The notes beneath the pieces are model-generated. The model saw only the letters and a list, made by a program, of their open reading frames with translations. It had not been told where the DNA came from and ran no database searches. From an uncultured Spirochaetota bacterium (GTDB lineage: Bacteria > Spirochaetota > Spirochaetia > SZUA-6 > Fen-1364), in contig CAVTHO010000007.1 in NCBI GenBank assembly GCA_963734545.1, positions 288,001-352,000 on the forward strand: a DNA stretch of 64,000 bases, written 5' to 3'. This document shows positions 1 through 8,835 of the stretch, piece after piece; the first letter of the stretch is position 1; every line of letters begins with the position of its first letter. The position numbers were made by a program, and so were the translations under genes.

Positions 1-1260
1 AGATCGAGCCCCTCCGGGCCGAAGTCCATTACCCGTGCCGCCGCGTTTTTCACGACGCTCTCGACATTGTCTCTGTAGGACTTCAGCACCCTGTCGGTCG
101 TTACCGTGTCTCCGTGCTTGTCAGGGGTATGCAGCAGCGACCTCGCGGCGAGGGCCTGGAAAGCATCCTGACCAACCGGCCTGCAGCCGGCTCGATCCAT
201 TGAGCATGGCCAGGTGAGACGGGGCGCCCCTCACGTGCGTGCGAGAGCCCGGGAAGGAAAGGTCAAGTCCCGTCAGGAAAACCTCACCGCGGCCGATCTG
301 CAGGCCCGCGTGCACCGCCGCGACCCCGACCGAGCCGAGCGCGGGAAACAGGGCGGGATGAAGCTGGGCCCGCGCGAGCCGGTCGAACAGGCGGAGAGGC
401 GCGAAGCGCGAGGAGAAATAGTAGAGACTGCCCTTGAACAGTCTGTTGACGGCAGGGTGCGACGAGAGGTCGCAGGCGAGAGCGGTCCTGTCGCTGCGGA
501 AAGGGATGAAATCCTGCATGTTCGCTACCTGGGCTTCCAGCGCCACCACGATGTCCGGAATGACGCCTCGGGCAGCCAGAGCGGGAAAGGCGGTATCCAC
601 CGCTGCCAGGACAAAGCGCCCCCTCAGCCGGGTGAAAGAGGGCATGCACTCTTCCAGGGAAGGCCCCGCACCGGCCACAACCAGGGGCCGCGAGGTAGAC
701 AAGGCGGACAGGTCACGCGCGCCGGGAAGCAGGGAAAGATTGGAAAGGACGTTGCTCACCTGCAGGCTCCCGAGCGCAATGAGCGTGAGCCTGTTCTGCC
801 AGTAGCGCCGGATCTCCTCCTCCAGCCGCTGCCTGCACTGCGCGTACAGCTCGGGTGCGAGCCGGTACCCTGCGCTGAGCGGCAGCTCCACGACTCTGCG
901 GAATCGGTGAATCCCAAGGGTGCCAAGGGCTGCGGCTGCCCCGGCCGGATCGGCCGTGCGCACGATGGAGAGACGGGGATCGCCGGGCAGCCCCTGCGCC
1001 AGAGCGACCGCCATCACCTCCTGAAACACCTCGAGACACAGCACCGCGCATCCCTCCGGGAGGCGTTGCAGGAGCTCTGCAAGACCGTGGCCGAGTCCGA
1101 CTGACGGGACAAAAACCAGGCTGCGCGGCGGCGGCGAAAAAACGCGCGCTTTTCGGCGCGCGTATTCAAGCGGATTCCCCGATGGGTAGAAGGAGAGGCC
1201 CTTCCAGAGAAGGGTCCGGCCACTGCCAGTCTCAATAAGGAGAGGGTCCTCTCCCGGCAT
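1..1260 (-). CDS. Maf/DUF115 (MptE-like) motility-associated glycosyltransferase-family protein; frameshift near 180, runs off the window edge
   Basis: Motifs VAGAGPSLE, AVDTAF, GSVGVAA, LTGLDLSF. After a shift near 180 the frame continues as PVGQDAFQ...GDTVTTDRVLKSY to base 1. Confidence 0.75.
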
Positions 1261-1267
1261 TCGTAGC

Positions 1268-2818
1268 CTACTGTCTCAAGTTCGTGGAGAAGTTCCGGCT
1301 GAATGTCGCTGAAAAGTTGTCCGTCAGCTTGTCCGGGGCCATCAGAACCTGGGAGAGATCGGTCTGGATCGACTGGACCGCGATATATGAGATATAGCTG
1401 TCCAGGAGGTTCACGGTCGTGTCAGGAAGCTGACGCTCGGCGGTGAGCTTCAGCACGAGTATCTGGTTGTCCAGCAGCACGGGGGGTGATACCTGGTCCT
1501 TGCCCAGCGAGAAGGCGCGCAGAAAGAACTCGTCGCTGTATGATGCGCCGGTCGGAGTTTCCCCGTCGGGATTGGCCCTCACCGGCGCGAAAGAGAACAC
1601 ATTGGAGAGGTTCACCGGGAAGAACTCGGTGGGAACGACCTTGAGCCCCATGTCCCTGGCCGCCCTGTCGAAGCCTGTCTCCGCGGCGCGTCGGGAGAGC
1701 TGACCTGCTCTCTCGCTGAAGTAGTCCTCAACCTTGCCCTTTTCGTACTTGGTGATGTAGTTCTTCACGTCATCCAGGACCGTGGCGTTGGTGAAATCCG
1801 GGTCCAGAGCCTCTGAATCACAGCGGTAGATGATCGAGCCGAAGGTGACTTTCAAGACGTCACTCAGCTCACCGGCCTTGAGCGCGAACACCTTTTCCGC
1901 GGTATCCTTGGCCTCGAAATCAGCCTGAACGTCATAAGCGTAGCGCCAGCCCATGTCGCCGCCCTTGTCCGCGTACTCGTCCTTGGAATACGTTTTGGCG
2001 AGCTCCTCGAAGGTGCTGGTCTTGTCGAGAATCTTTTTGCGGATCTCAATGGCCTGGGACTCGCTCTTGACGAGAATCCTGCTCAGCTTGATCTTGATGA
2101 ACCGGGACTTGTTGGCCTCGCCGTACTTGCGCACCTCTTCCACGGGAAAGCTGGCAAACGGCCAGGATACGAAAGTGAAGCTTCTTTCCCGTTTGGCCAT
2201 TTCCTTGATGAACTCCGCCTCCTTGGAGCCGGTCTTGACGCCGGTCTGCAAGTCGGTTTCGAAGATGTTGGACTCGATGCTCTCACGCACCATCTTGCGC
2301 GTTTCGGCCTTGTCAGTGGCCGAAGTGGCCGCGTACCGGCTTTCGCTGAACACACCGTTCTCGTCCAGGTAGGCGGGATAGTTGAGCAGCGCCTTGTCGA
2401 CCGCGTCTTCGGAAACCTGGACGCCGGCCTGCTCTGCCTGCGTGAGCTTGGCGATGTGATCTGCGGTACTGTAGAACGCCTGGTACCAGACGGCCTGGGT
2501 TATCATCGCCTGGTTCTGGTTGGCAGAGGTGTTCCTGTACTGGTTCGAGATCCTCTCCACCTGCTGCGCGAAATAGCTGCCCGGATAATAGGTGATTTCT
2601 TTTCCCATGTACGAGCCGAAGACAAGGCTGCCGCCCCCGCCGATTCCCCCGGTCATCGGTCCGCCCGGGCCGGCCAGGACAAACGCGAAGACGACAATAA
2701 CGAGCACGACGACCGTGCCAACGTATATCAGAGGATGGGTCGCGTGCCTCTTCTCGATCGCGTCGGAGACGGTCTCTCCCTTTCTCTGTTTCGCTCTTCT
2801 CAACTCTCGTGATGCCAT
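1268..2818 (-). CDS. SurA N-terminal/PpiD-like parvulin peptidyl-prolyl isomerase, membrane anchored
   Basis: N-terminal TM helix, SurA-like segment (GVQVSEDAVD), parvulin motif FEELAKTYSKD..ADKGGDMGW. Confidence 0.85.
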   Translation of the reverse strand: MASRELRRAKQRKGETVSDAIEKRHATHPLIYVGTVVVLVIVVFAFVLAGPGGPMTGGIGGGGSLVFGSYMGKEITYYPGSYFAQQVERISNQYRNTSANQNQAMITQAVWYQAFYSTADHIAKLTQAEQAGVQVSEDAVDKALLNYPAYLDENGVFSESRYAATSATDKAETRKMVRESIESNIFETDLQTGVKTGSKEAEFIKEMAKRERSFTFVSWPFASFPVEEVRKYGEANKSRFIKIKLSRILVKSESQAIEIRKKILDKTSTFEELAKTYSKDEYADKGGDMGWRYAYDVQADFEAKDTAEKVFALKAGELSDVLKVTFGSIIYRCDSEALDPDFTNATVLDDVKNYITKYEKGKVEDYFSERAGQLSRRAAETGFDRAARDMGLKVVPTEFFPVNLSNVFSFAPVRANPDGETPTGASYSDEFFLRAFSLGKDQVSPPVLLDNQILVLKLTAERQLPDTTVNLLDSYISYIAVQSIQTDLSQVLMAPDKLTDNFSATFSRNFSTNLRQ

Positions 2819-2906
2819 TGCTTATTCCTGTGAAGTGATGAATTTCGACCAGTCGAAAATACCACGGCCCGGATCGGCATGTCAACGACCCGGCGCGCGC
2901 CGGCGC

Positions 2907-2935
2907 TTGACACCGCCCGCCCTCACTGCTACATT
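2907..2935 (+). promoter_or_regulatory. sigma70 promoter of the tRNA operon
   Basis: TTGACA-17 nt-TACATT with extended TG, 9 nt upstream of tRNA-Asp. A divergent TTGACA (2880-2885, minus strand) serves the PPIase gene. Confidence 0.75.
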
Positions 2936-2944
2936 CACCGTCAC

Positions 2945-3018
2945 GGGGGCGTGGCGAAGCTGGTTATCGCGCTGGCCTGTCAAGCCGGAGGCCGCGGGTT
3001 CAAGTCCCGTCGCTCCCG
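2945..3018 (+). tRNA. tRNA-Asp(GTC), CCA not encoded
   Basis: Acceptor stem GGGGGCG/CGCTCCC, discriminator G, anticodon loop CT-GTC-AA (2979-2981), T-arm GGTTCAAGTCC. Confidence 0.95.
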
Positions 3019-3114
3019 CTATTTTTCCTTCGAGTATTGCACGCGCGCGCCTTGGCGCACACGGTATTCCGTGTGATTCTGCGCACGGTGCGCCGTGCGA
3101 TGTGTGGCTTTCAG

Positions 3115-3187
3115 CGGGCTGTAGCGCAGTTGGTAGCGCGTTCGGTTCGGGACCGAAAGGCCGGCGGTTCAAACCCGCCCAGCCCGA
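3115..3187 (+). tRNA. tRNA-Pro(CGG), CCA not encoded
   Basis: Acceptor stem CGGGCTG/CAGCCCG, anticodon stem TTCGG/CCGAA with CGG at 3148-3150, T-arm GGTTCAAAC. Confidence 0.95.
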
Positions 3188-3361
3188 AATACACATACAT
3201 TCTGACCCTGTTCTTCTCGCACGGACGCCTGCTCAGTATTTGCATGGCCAGAAGTCCCGGTTTGGTGTTACAATGTATATGGGTACATGCAAAAATGAAA
3301 AAAACACGACTCGGCCCCTGTTATCTCTGAACCAAGGCCGCCTCGTATCGGGAGCAAGCGT

Positions 3362-5917
3362 ATGACAGTCACTTCCACACGTCGCCTCCTCGTCGCCCTG
3401 TTGCTGGGCGCGTTGTCGGCTCACGCCGCTCTCTGGGCGGACCCCCCGATTCAGGTGGGCAGAGTCAGCCTCATCAGCGGCGAGGTCTCGTTCCGGCCGG
3501 GGAGCATCGATGAATGGGTGCCGGCAACTCTGAACTACCCCCTGACCGCAGGAGACTACCTCTGGACCGATGCAGGGGGGCGCGCCGAAGTGCACGTCGG
3601 AGGCGCGGCAATCAGGCTGGATTCCGGCACGGAGTTCTCCTTCCTGGAACTGGACGACCAGACTGTGCAGGTAAGGCTTTCCCAGGGCTCATTGAATATC
3701 AGGCTGCGCACGCTCGAGGCCGGCGACGATTTCGAGATCGACACGCCGAATTCGAGCATTTCTCTCCTTACGGCCGGAAGCTACAGAATCGATGTCCAGG
3801 ATACGGGAGACACCTTTGTCATGGTTCGGCAGGGGGAATCGCAGGTGACAGCAGGCGAGGACGCGTTCAACGTTCCCGAAGGTCAATCCGCGACAGTCTC
3901 GGGTATGGGCTCGATCGCGTACTACCTGCAGGATGTCCCGGCTCAGGATGACTGGGACAGCTGGTGCGCACGCCGTGACCAGAGAGAAGACCGGGTCGCG
4001 TCGGTCCGATATGTCTCGCGGGATATGATCGGGATGGAGGATCTTGACGATCATGGGACCTGGCTCGTCGTTGCAGGCTATGGACAGGTCTGGGCGCCCG
4101 CGGGGGTGCCCCCGGGATGGGCGCCGTACCGTTACGGGCGCTGGGCGTGGATCGAGCCCTGGGGATGGACCTGGATAGATGACGCGCCCTGGGGATTCGC
4201 TCCATTCCATTATGGACGCTGGGCTTTTGCCAGCAGAGGATGGGTCTGGGTTCCCGGGACCATGGTTGCGCGCCCGGTGTACGCTCCTGCACTGGTCGTG
4301 TTTGTAGGGGGTGACAACTGGAGCCCCGCGGCGGGGAACGGCATCGGCTGGTTCCCTCTCGGCCCGCACGAGGTGTATATCCCGCCTTACACGGTGAGCA
4401 CCACGTACGTGCAGCGGATCAATATCACCCATGTGACGAACTTTCAGAGCGTGCAGCGATATGACGCGAGACGCGCCGTCTACGTCAACCGGAGCGTCCC
4501 GCAGGCGGTCACGGTCGTGCACCGCGATGACTTCGCGTACTCGCGGCCTACCTCCAGATACGCCATTGCGGTTCCCTACGCCGAAATGGGCAGGGCCCCT
4601 GTCATGGGCATGACCGCCGTCGTCGTGCCCCGGCGGGAGAGCGTCATCGCGCAGCCTCTTACCCCGCAATCCCGTATCGTCCGCCCGCCCGAAGATGTTG
4701 CGTCCCGAACGGTGTACTCGCGCCGTGCTCCTCCGCCGGCCCAGGTCCCGTTCGACGCGCGTCAGCAGGCGCATCAGGCGAACCCGGGGAGGCCTCTCGA
4801 CCGTGAAGAACTCGCGGCTCTGCAGAGAAACCGTCCGGGCAATCAGCCGCCGGTAACAGTGGTAAATCCAGGCTCGGTCAACAGGGTTGACAATCCCCCT
4901 GCGTACAGAGGCGGTCGACAGGCGCCCCCTCCGCGGGCCGCACCTGCTCCCGGCGGGACAATGATCGCGCCCCCTCCGCGGGCCGCACCTGCCCCGGGCG
5001 GGACGATGATCGCTCCTCCTCCGAGTGGGACTATGAGGGTTCCCCCTCCGCGGACCGCGCCCGCCCCCGGTGGCACCATGATCGCTCCACCACCAAGGAC
5101 CGCTCCTGCCCCCGGTGGCACCATGATCGCTCCACCACCAAGGACCGCGCCCGCCCCTGGCGGCACCATGATCGCGCCGCCTCCGCGGACTGTGCCTGCC
5201 CCTGGCGGAACCATGATCGCTCCACCTCCAAGGACCGCTCCTGCCCCTGGCGGATCAAGGATCGTGCCCCCGTCGAGGACCGCGCCCGCCCCTGGCGGCA
5301 CCATGATTGCACCGCCCTCGAGGATCACGCCCGTGGTTCCGCCTCAGGGTGATCGAGGCCAGCAGGATGACAGGAATCAACGGGTGGACCGGAACCAGCC
5401 TGGCGACCGAGGCCAGCAGGGCGATCAGAACCAGCAGGGCGACCGGAACCAGCAGGGCGATCGGGGCCAGCAGAGTGAGCGGATTCAATCGGGTGACCGG
5501 GGCCAGCAGGGCGATCGGGGCCAGCAAAGTGACCGGAATCAGAAGGTCGACCCGAATCAGAGCCGGGCAGCATCGCTCATCAGCACTCTCAAGACACAAT
5601 CACTTCCCCAGGCAGAAAGCGATCTCGCCGCGGCTCAAAAGGTTGCCGGCGTTCGGCTCGATTTCAATGCCGTTTCAAGACAACTCGCTTCGGCCCGGGC
5701 TTCTCTGACAAGCGCCGAAAAGGACCTTGCGAGCGGCAATGCGAGCCTCGCATTGCAGAAGGCAACGACCGTCCAGAAACAGATAAGCGACGCGGAAAAG
5801 ACGATTTCTGCTGCCATGAAATCGGGCGGGTCAGATCAAGGAGACAGGAAGGGCAGCGACAGGAACGACCAGGGGGACGACAATCGGATCAAGCCTCGCG
5901 GGGGCGGGGGCGGATAG
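3362..5917 (+). CDS. Secreted FecR-like + DUF6600 (Trp/Pro-rich) protein with low-complexity repeat tail
   Basis: Signal peptide; FecR-like segment (NYPLTAGDYLWT...RLSQGSL); DUF6600-type WAPYRYGRWAWIEPWGWTWIDDAPWGFAPFHYGRW. Confidence 0.8.
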   Translation: MTVTSTRRLLVALLLGALSAHAALWADPPIQVGRVSLISGEVSFRPGSIDEWVPATLNYPLTAGDYLWTDAGGRAEVHVGGAAIRLDSGTEFSFLELDDQTVQVRLSQGSLNIRLRTLEAGDDFEIDTPNSSISLLTAGSYRIDVQDTGDTFVMVRQGESQVTAGEDAFNVPEGQSATVSGMGSIAYYLQDVPAQDDWDSWCARRDQREDRVASVRYVSRDMIGMEDLDDHGTWLVVAGYGQVWAPAGVPPGWAPYRYGRWAWIEPWGWTWIDDAPWGFAPFHYGRWAFASRGWVWVPGTMVARPVYAPALVVFVGGDNWSPAAGNGIGWFPLGPHEVYIPPYTVSTTYVQRINITHVTNFQSVQRYDARRAVYVNRSVPQAVTVVHRDDFAYSRPTSRYAIAVPYAEMGRAPVMGMTAVVVPRRESVIAQPLTPQSRIVRPPEDVASRTVYSRRAPPPAQVPFDARQQAHQANPGRPLDREELAALQRNRPGNQPPVTVVNPGSVNRVDNPPAYRGGRQAPPPRAAPAPGGTMIAPPPRAAPAPGGTMIAPPPSGTMRVPPPRTAPAPGGTMIAPPPRTAPAPGGTMIAPPPRTAPAPGGTMIAPPPRTVPAPGGTMIAPPPRTAPAPGGSRIVPPSRTAPAPGGTMIAPPSRITPVVPPQGDRGQQDDRNQRVDRNQPGDRGQQGDQNQQGDRNQQGDRGQQSERIQSGDRGQQGDRGQQSDRNQKVDPNQSRAASLISTLKTQSLPQAESDLAAAQKVAGVRLDFNAVSRQLASARASLTSAEKDLASGNASLALQKATTVQKQISDAEKTISAAMKSGGSDQGDRKGSDRNDQGDDNRIKPRGGGGG
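4922..5320 (+). repeat. Intragenic 45-bp tandem repeat encoding APPPRTAPAPGGTMI (about 8 full units plus partials)
   Basis: Repeated cccc(c/t)ggcggcaccatgatcgc; visible in the translation. Confidence 0.9.
5345..5560 (+). repeat. Intragenic 18-bp degenerate repeat encoding QQGDR(G/N), about 12 units
   Basis: QGDRGQQDDRNQRVDRNQPGDRGQQGDQNQQGDRNQQGDRGQ... Confidence 0.85.
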
Positions 5918-6566
5918 GGGTCCTGTTTCCCCCTTTGCCGCCGCGCCTGAGCTTCTGGTAGTGCCGCTGCGCCTTGGCTCGGTTTCCGCAATCTCTCATT
6001 TCGCACCATCTGCGGCTGTGGTTCTTGCTCGTGTCGATGAACAGCCAGCCGCAGGTATCCCCGGCGCATTCCTTGATCCTGGCTGACGCCGGATCCCTGA
6101 GCAGCTCGGCAGCCGACCAGGTGATCGGCGGAAGCATGGCGTCGAGAGTCATGTCCTTGTCAAAGCCGACCGCGTAGCGGCCTTTCTCCCGGATCATGGA
6201 TGCACGTGACATCGTCATGGAGAAGTGCCGATTGAAAAGCGCCAGGTCCTCATCGGAGGGGCCGCGTCCTGCCGCCATTGCCGAGAACATCCGGAAGATC
6301 ACCTCGCGCAGCTCTATCGCCCTCCGGAGAATGCGCGCCGCTTCCTCGGGGTTTCGGCCGGCCTCGCTGTTCAAGCCGCGCGCGTGCTCCGCGGTGAGGA
6401 TTCCCGCATGGACGGCCCAATGGAGGAGATCTCCGTAGCTCGCGAGCCGGTCGCGGGACAGGTCGCTTTCACGCAGGTTCACCGTATTCGTGAAGTCGAG
6501 ACACGTGCGGCCTCCCACAAGGCTCAACTTCGAGATGGTATCGGCGTTCGGGCTCTCGAAATTCAT
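5889..6566 (-). CDS. ABATE/CGNR zinc-finger putative transcription regulator
   Basis: LDFTNT (ABATE) and C-terminal ECAGDTCGWLFIDTSKNHSRRWCEMRDCGNRAK. Confidence 0.92.
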   Translation of the reverse strand: MNFESPNADTISKLSLVGGRTCLDFTNTVNLRESDLSRDRLASYGDLLHWAVHAGILTAEHARGLNSEAGRNPEEAARILRRAIELREVIFRMFSAMAAGRGPSDEDLALFNRHFSMTMSRASMIREKGRYAVGFDKDMTLDAMLPPITWSAAELLRDPASARIKECAGDTCGWLFIDTSKNHSRRWCEMRDCGNRAKAQRHYQKLRRGGKGGNRTPIRPRPREA

Positions 6567-6574
6567 TTTCCTTG

Positions 6575-6651
6575 CTAACCTCCAAAATAAACTTGACAGG
6601 TTACTTGCCTCATGCTATATTCTAACCATCAATAATGTAATGACTGGTTTG
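6575..6651 (+). promoter_or_regulatory. sigma70 promoter overlapped by two copies of the inverted repeat CTAACC-N18-GGTT
   Basis: TTGACA (6593-6598)-17 nt-TATATT (6616-6621). Repeats: CTAACC 6575-6580 with GGTTAC 6599-6604, and CTAACC 6622-6627 with GGTTTG 6646-6651. Confidence 0.7.
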
Positions 6652-6680
6652 TGTAAGGTCAAGCTCAGGGGAGGGTCGCG

Positions 6681-6884
6681 ATGAACCATAACTTCTGGCT
6701 CATTGAGAGGATGATGGAAGAGCGCCAGGAAACGGTTCGCCGGGAGGCGGAAATCCGCAGACGCCTTTCCGAGGCACGACCACCAAAGCCCAGGCGCAGC
6801 CTGAAAGCGGCCGTGGGAAGGATGCTTGTGTCCTGGGGAGCGCTCCTCATGGGTGAACGCGACTGCGGCTGTCTCGAGGCGTAG
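6681..6884 (+). CDS. Small hypothetical protein (67 aa), divergent from the CGNR regulator
   Basis: SD GGGAGG upstream, consensus promoter, helical charged N-half and amphipathic C-half. Confidence 0.7.
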   Translation: MNHNFWLIERMMEERQETVRREAEIRRRLSEARPPKPRRSLKAAVGRMLVSWGALLMGERDCGCLEA

Positions 6885-6946
6885 GCAGGACGGGACCCCG
6901 GCCCGAGTTGCCGGGCGCAGCCCCCTGCGCTATCTTTGTGCTCAAC

Positions 6947-7471
6947 ATGACGGATCCAAAGTACCCGGTGGGAGAGTTCGCTTTCGACAGGAACATCACT
7001 CCTGAAAAGCGGATTGCGATGATCAACGAGCTTGCCGGATTTGCAGCCAGACTCCGGTCCCTTGTGCGCGGCCTCACGGACACGAACCTTGACACCCCCT
7101 ACCGCCAGGGGGGATGGACAGTGAGACAGCTCACGCATCACGTGGCCGATTCTTCCCTCAACTGGTACAGCAGACTGAAGATGGCGTTGACCGAGCAGAA
7201 CCCCGTCATCAAGCCGTTCGACCAGGACGCCTGGAGCCAGATGACGGACGCCAGGACCATGCCGCCCGAGGTCTCCGTGAACCTTCTGGAATCAGTGCAT
7301 GCCAGGATGGCGGCGGTCCTGCGTACGCTGAAGCCGGTGGATTTTTCCCGCACAATGATGCACCCGGAGCGGGGAGAGATATCCGTGGACTATACCCTGC
7401 AGACGCTGCACTGGCACACCCGGCATCACCTCAGCCATATCGAGAGATTGCGCACGGAAAACGGCTGGTAG
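6947..7471 (+). CDS. YfiT/BstA-like DinB-superfamily thiol S-transferase / metal-dependent protein
   Basis: KYPVGEF, LDTPYRQGGWTVRQLTHHVADS, WHTRHHLSHI; ATG at 6947. Confidence 0.88.
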   Translation: MTDPKYPVGEFAFDRNITPEKRIAMINELAGFAARLRSLVRGLTDTNLDTPYRQGGWTVRQLTHHVADSSLNWYSRLKMALTEQNPVIKPFDQDAWSQMTDARTMPPEVSVNLLESVHARMAAVLRTLKPVDFSRTMMHPERGEISVDYTLQTLHWHTRHHLSHIERLRTENGW

Positions 7472-7533
7472 AACGGAACACGCGCCCGGCCTGAGCGGGA
7501 GCGGCGGGCCCCGCGCCGTCCGAAAGGCGGAAA

Positions 7534-8682
7534 TCAGTCGATCGGTGTGTCCGCTGTCCGGCAGCGTTCGTCTATTCCGAGTCTCTCACATACCAGATCA
7601 GCGGTTTTCTCCGCCATGAGTCGGAAAATCGCGAGCTTTCCGCCCACGATGCTGACGATGCCCTCGACGCTGTCCGTGCGGGCATGGTCCAGGATAGTGA
7701 AGCCGCGGCTGCGCAGGCGCGTGTCGGTGTGATCGGCGCGGGCCTTGGGATCGTAGAGGGGACGAACTGCCGACCACGAATGCACTGCCCGGGCAGCACC
7801 GAGCGCGGGCACCAGCTCGCTGAGCCGGTCTCGGATGAGACTCGGTTCCCATTCCTCGACCCGGCGGTCACCGGGGTCCTGCGTCTCCACCTCGGTCGTA
7901 CCGGCAATGCTGACCATTCCGCGAGGCAGCATTGCGTCGGCGTCGTCGGGCGGTCTCATGCGCTGCACCGCGCTGTTGACCAGTCTGCCCTTGTATGCGA
8001 CCAGGGCGCCCCGGGTAAGGTCGAGGGAAAGCGGGATGTCTGCCATCGCGGCTACTTCGCCGGCCCAGGGGCCCGCGGCATTGACCAGGAATCGGGTCTG
8101 CACCTCCCATGCGGCCCCTGTCTGCAGATCGTTTACACGGACGCCCTCCACCCTGCCGTTGTGCCGGAGTATTCCCTCAATCCTGTGAAAGGGCAGGATC
8201 CTGGCCCCTTTCGAACGGGCCGCCATGGAGAGTGACGCGCACAGGGTCATGGAATGACAGACGGCGTCGGGGACCTCGAACGCGCCGAGCAGCTCCGGAT
8301 TGATGCCCGGCTCTTTCGCCTTCGCCTGGGCCGGGGTCAGCTCGCGTACGGAAATGTCGGCGGCCCGGCATCCTGCCATCCACCTTTCAACGAACGCGTG
8401 ATCGTCGCCCGGCAGAAGAACAAACATGCCTCCGGTGTCGTCAACGGAGCGGGCGAGTATTCTTCTGACGATCACGTTCTCCGCCATGCAGTCCCGCGCT
8501 GTCTCGAGATCGGACGTCGCGTAGCGCGCGCCGGAGTGAAGGAGCCCGTGGTAGCGGCCGCTTGTGCCGCTGGACAAGTCTCCCTTTTCCACCAGCATGA
8601 CGCGGAGCCCGCGAAGAGCCAGGTCCCAGGCGACACCTGATCCGGTGGCCCCTCCGCCAATCACCACGACATCAGCTTCCAT
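7534..8682 (-). CDS. FAD-dependent glycerol-3-phosphate dehydrogenase (GlpA/GlpD family)
   Basis: GGGATGSG FAD motif, SGTSGRYHGLLHSGARY, NAAGPW, AVRPL, IVGGKLAIFRLMAE. Confidence 0.85.
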   Translation of the reverse strand: MEADVVVIGGGATGSGVAWDLALRGLRVMLVEKGDLSSGTSGRYHGLLHSGARYATSDLETARDCMAENVIVRRILARSVDDTGGMFVLLPGDDHAFVERWMAGCRAADISVRELTPAQAKAKEPGINPELLGAFEVPDAVCHSMTLCASLSMAARSKGARILPFHRIEGILRHNGRVEGVRVNDLQTGAAWEVQTRFLVNAAGPWAGEVAAMADIPLSLDLTRGALVAYKGRLVNSAVQRMRPPDDADAMLPRGMVSIAGTTEVETQDPGDRRVEEWEPSLIRDRLSELVPALGAARAVHSWSAVRPLYDPKARADHTDTRLRSRGFTILDHARTDSVEGIVSIVGGKLAIFRLMAEKTADLVCERLGIDERCRTADTPID

Positions 8683-8835
8683 GGGTCACCGCGCGAGAAC
8701 AATGGCCGCGTCCAATCCTCATGTGCACAACAATACCCATGAAAACGCCCTCACTCAATACTCCACGACTTTTTTGCCACGCGAGGGGACATCCGTGCGA
8801 TTGACTCCCTCCGGTCGGCGGGTTAAGTTTTCGCC

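Noticed and set aside
3187-8700. tRNA-anchored genomic island
   Set aside because: No integrase, and I found no duplicated tRNA 3' end (att site) in the window.
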